Of a stretch of DNA of 64,000 nucleotides, positions 63,959-64,000 are shown in pieces. A program made the position numbers and the translations under genes. A model generated the notes under the pieces. It was not told where the DNA came from. It searched no databases and worked only from the letters and a program-made list of their open reading frames with translations. Origin of the DNA: a virus (Duplodnaviria > Caudoviricetes). Positions within the stretch are counted from its first letter, which is position 1. Each line of letters begins with the position of its first letter. Location: positions 8,386-72,385 of the IMG/VR virus record IMGVR_UViG_3300028591_000188. One strand, 5' to 3'.

Positions 63959-64000
63959 CTTATTACCCTTTAAAAATGCAGTATTTTTATATATTTTTCT

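Overview
This window is part of a crAss-like (Crassvirales-type) Bacteroidetes phage genome with two very different halves. (1) 1-23,571 holds four very large virion/ejection-protein genes that only read through if TAG is a sense codon (code 15, TAG=Gln; they end at TAA/TGA). One is a 3,419-aa polyvalent virion RNA polymerase with a DYDID catalytic motif plus ART-like, zincin, macro-like and PD-(D/E)XK domains. (2) 23,700-63,150 is a tightly tiled minus-strand early/replication region: PolA, primase, DnaB, SF2 helicase, AAA ATPase, rIIA/rIIB, NrdD/NrdG, ThyX, dUTPase, UDG, PNK + RNA ligase and many small hypotheticals. Its genes, where I inspected them, avoid TAG, with two exceptions. Three group I introns interrupt rIIA, the AAA ATPase and dnaB, and their splice sites can be placed from P1/P10 pairing and restored protein motifs. 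Two carry homing endonucleases with their own Bacteroidetes-type promoters, and the GIY-YIG endonuclease has an amber codon at position 6. The right end holds a tRNA-Ile2(CAU), a tRNA interrupted by a 49-nt insert, and an array of tRNA-acceptor-like mini-elements with covarying 7-bp stems and a shared ACAGCAA motif. No CUA suppressor tRNA is visible in this window. All calls come from reading the sequence; no database searches were run, and the long recoded frames were checked by ORF-fragment frame congruence and spot translation, not codon by codon.
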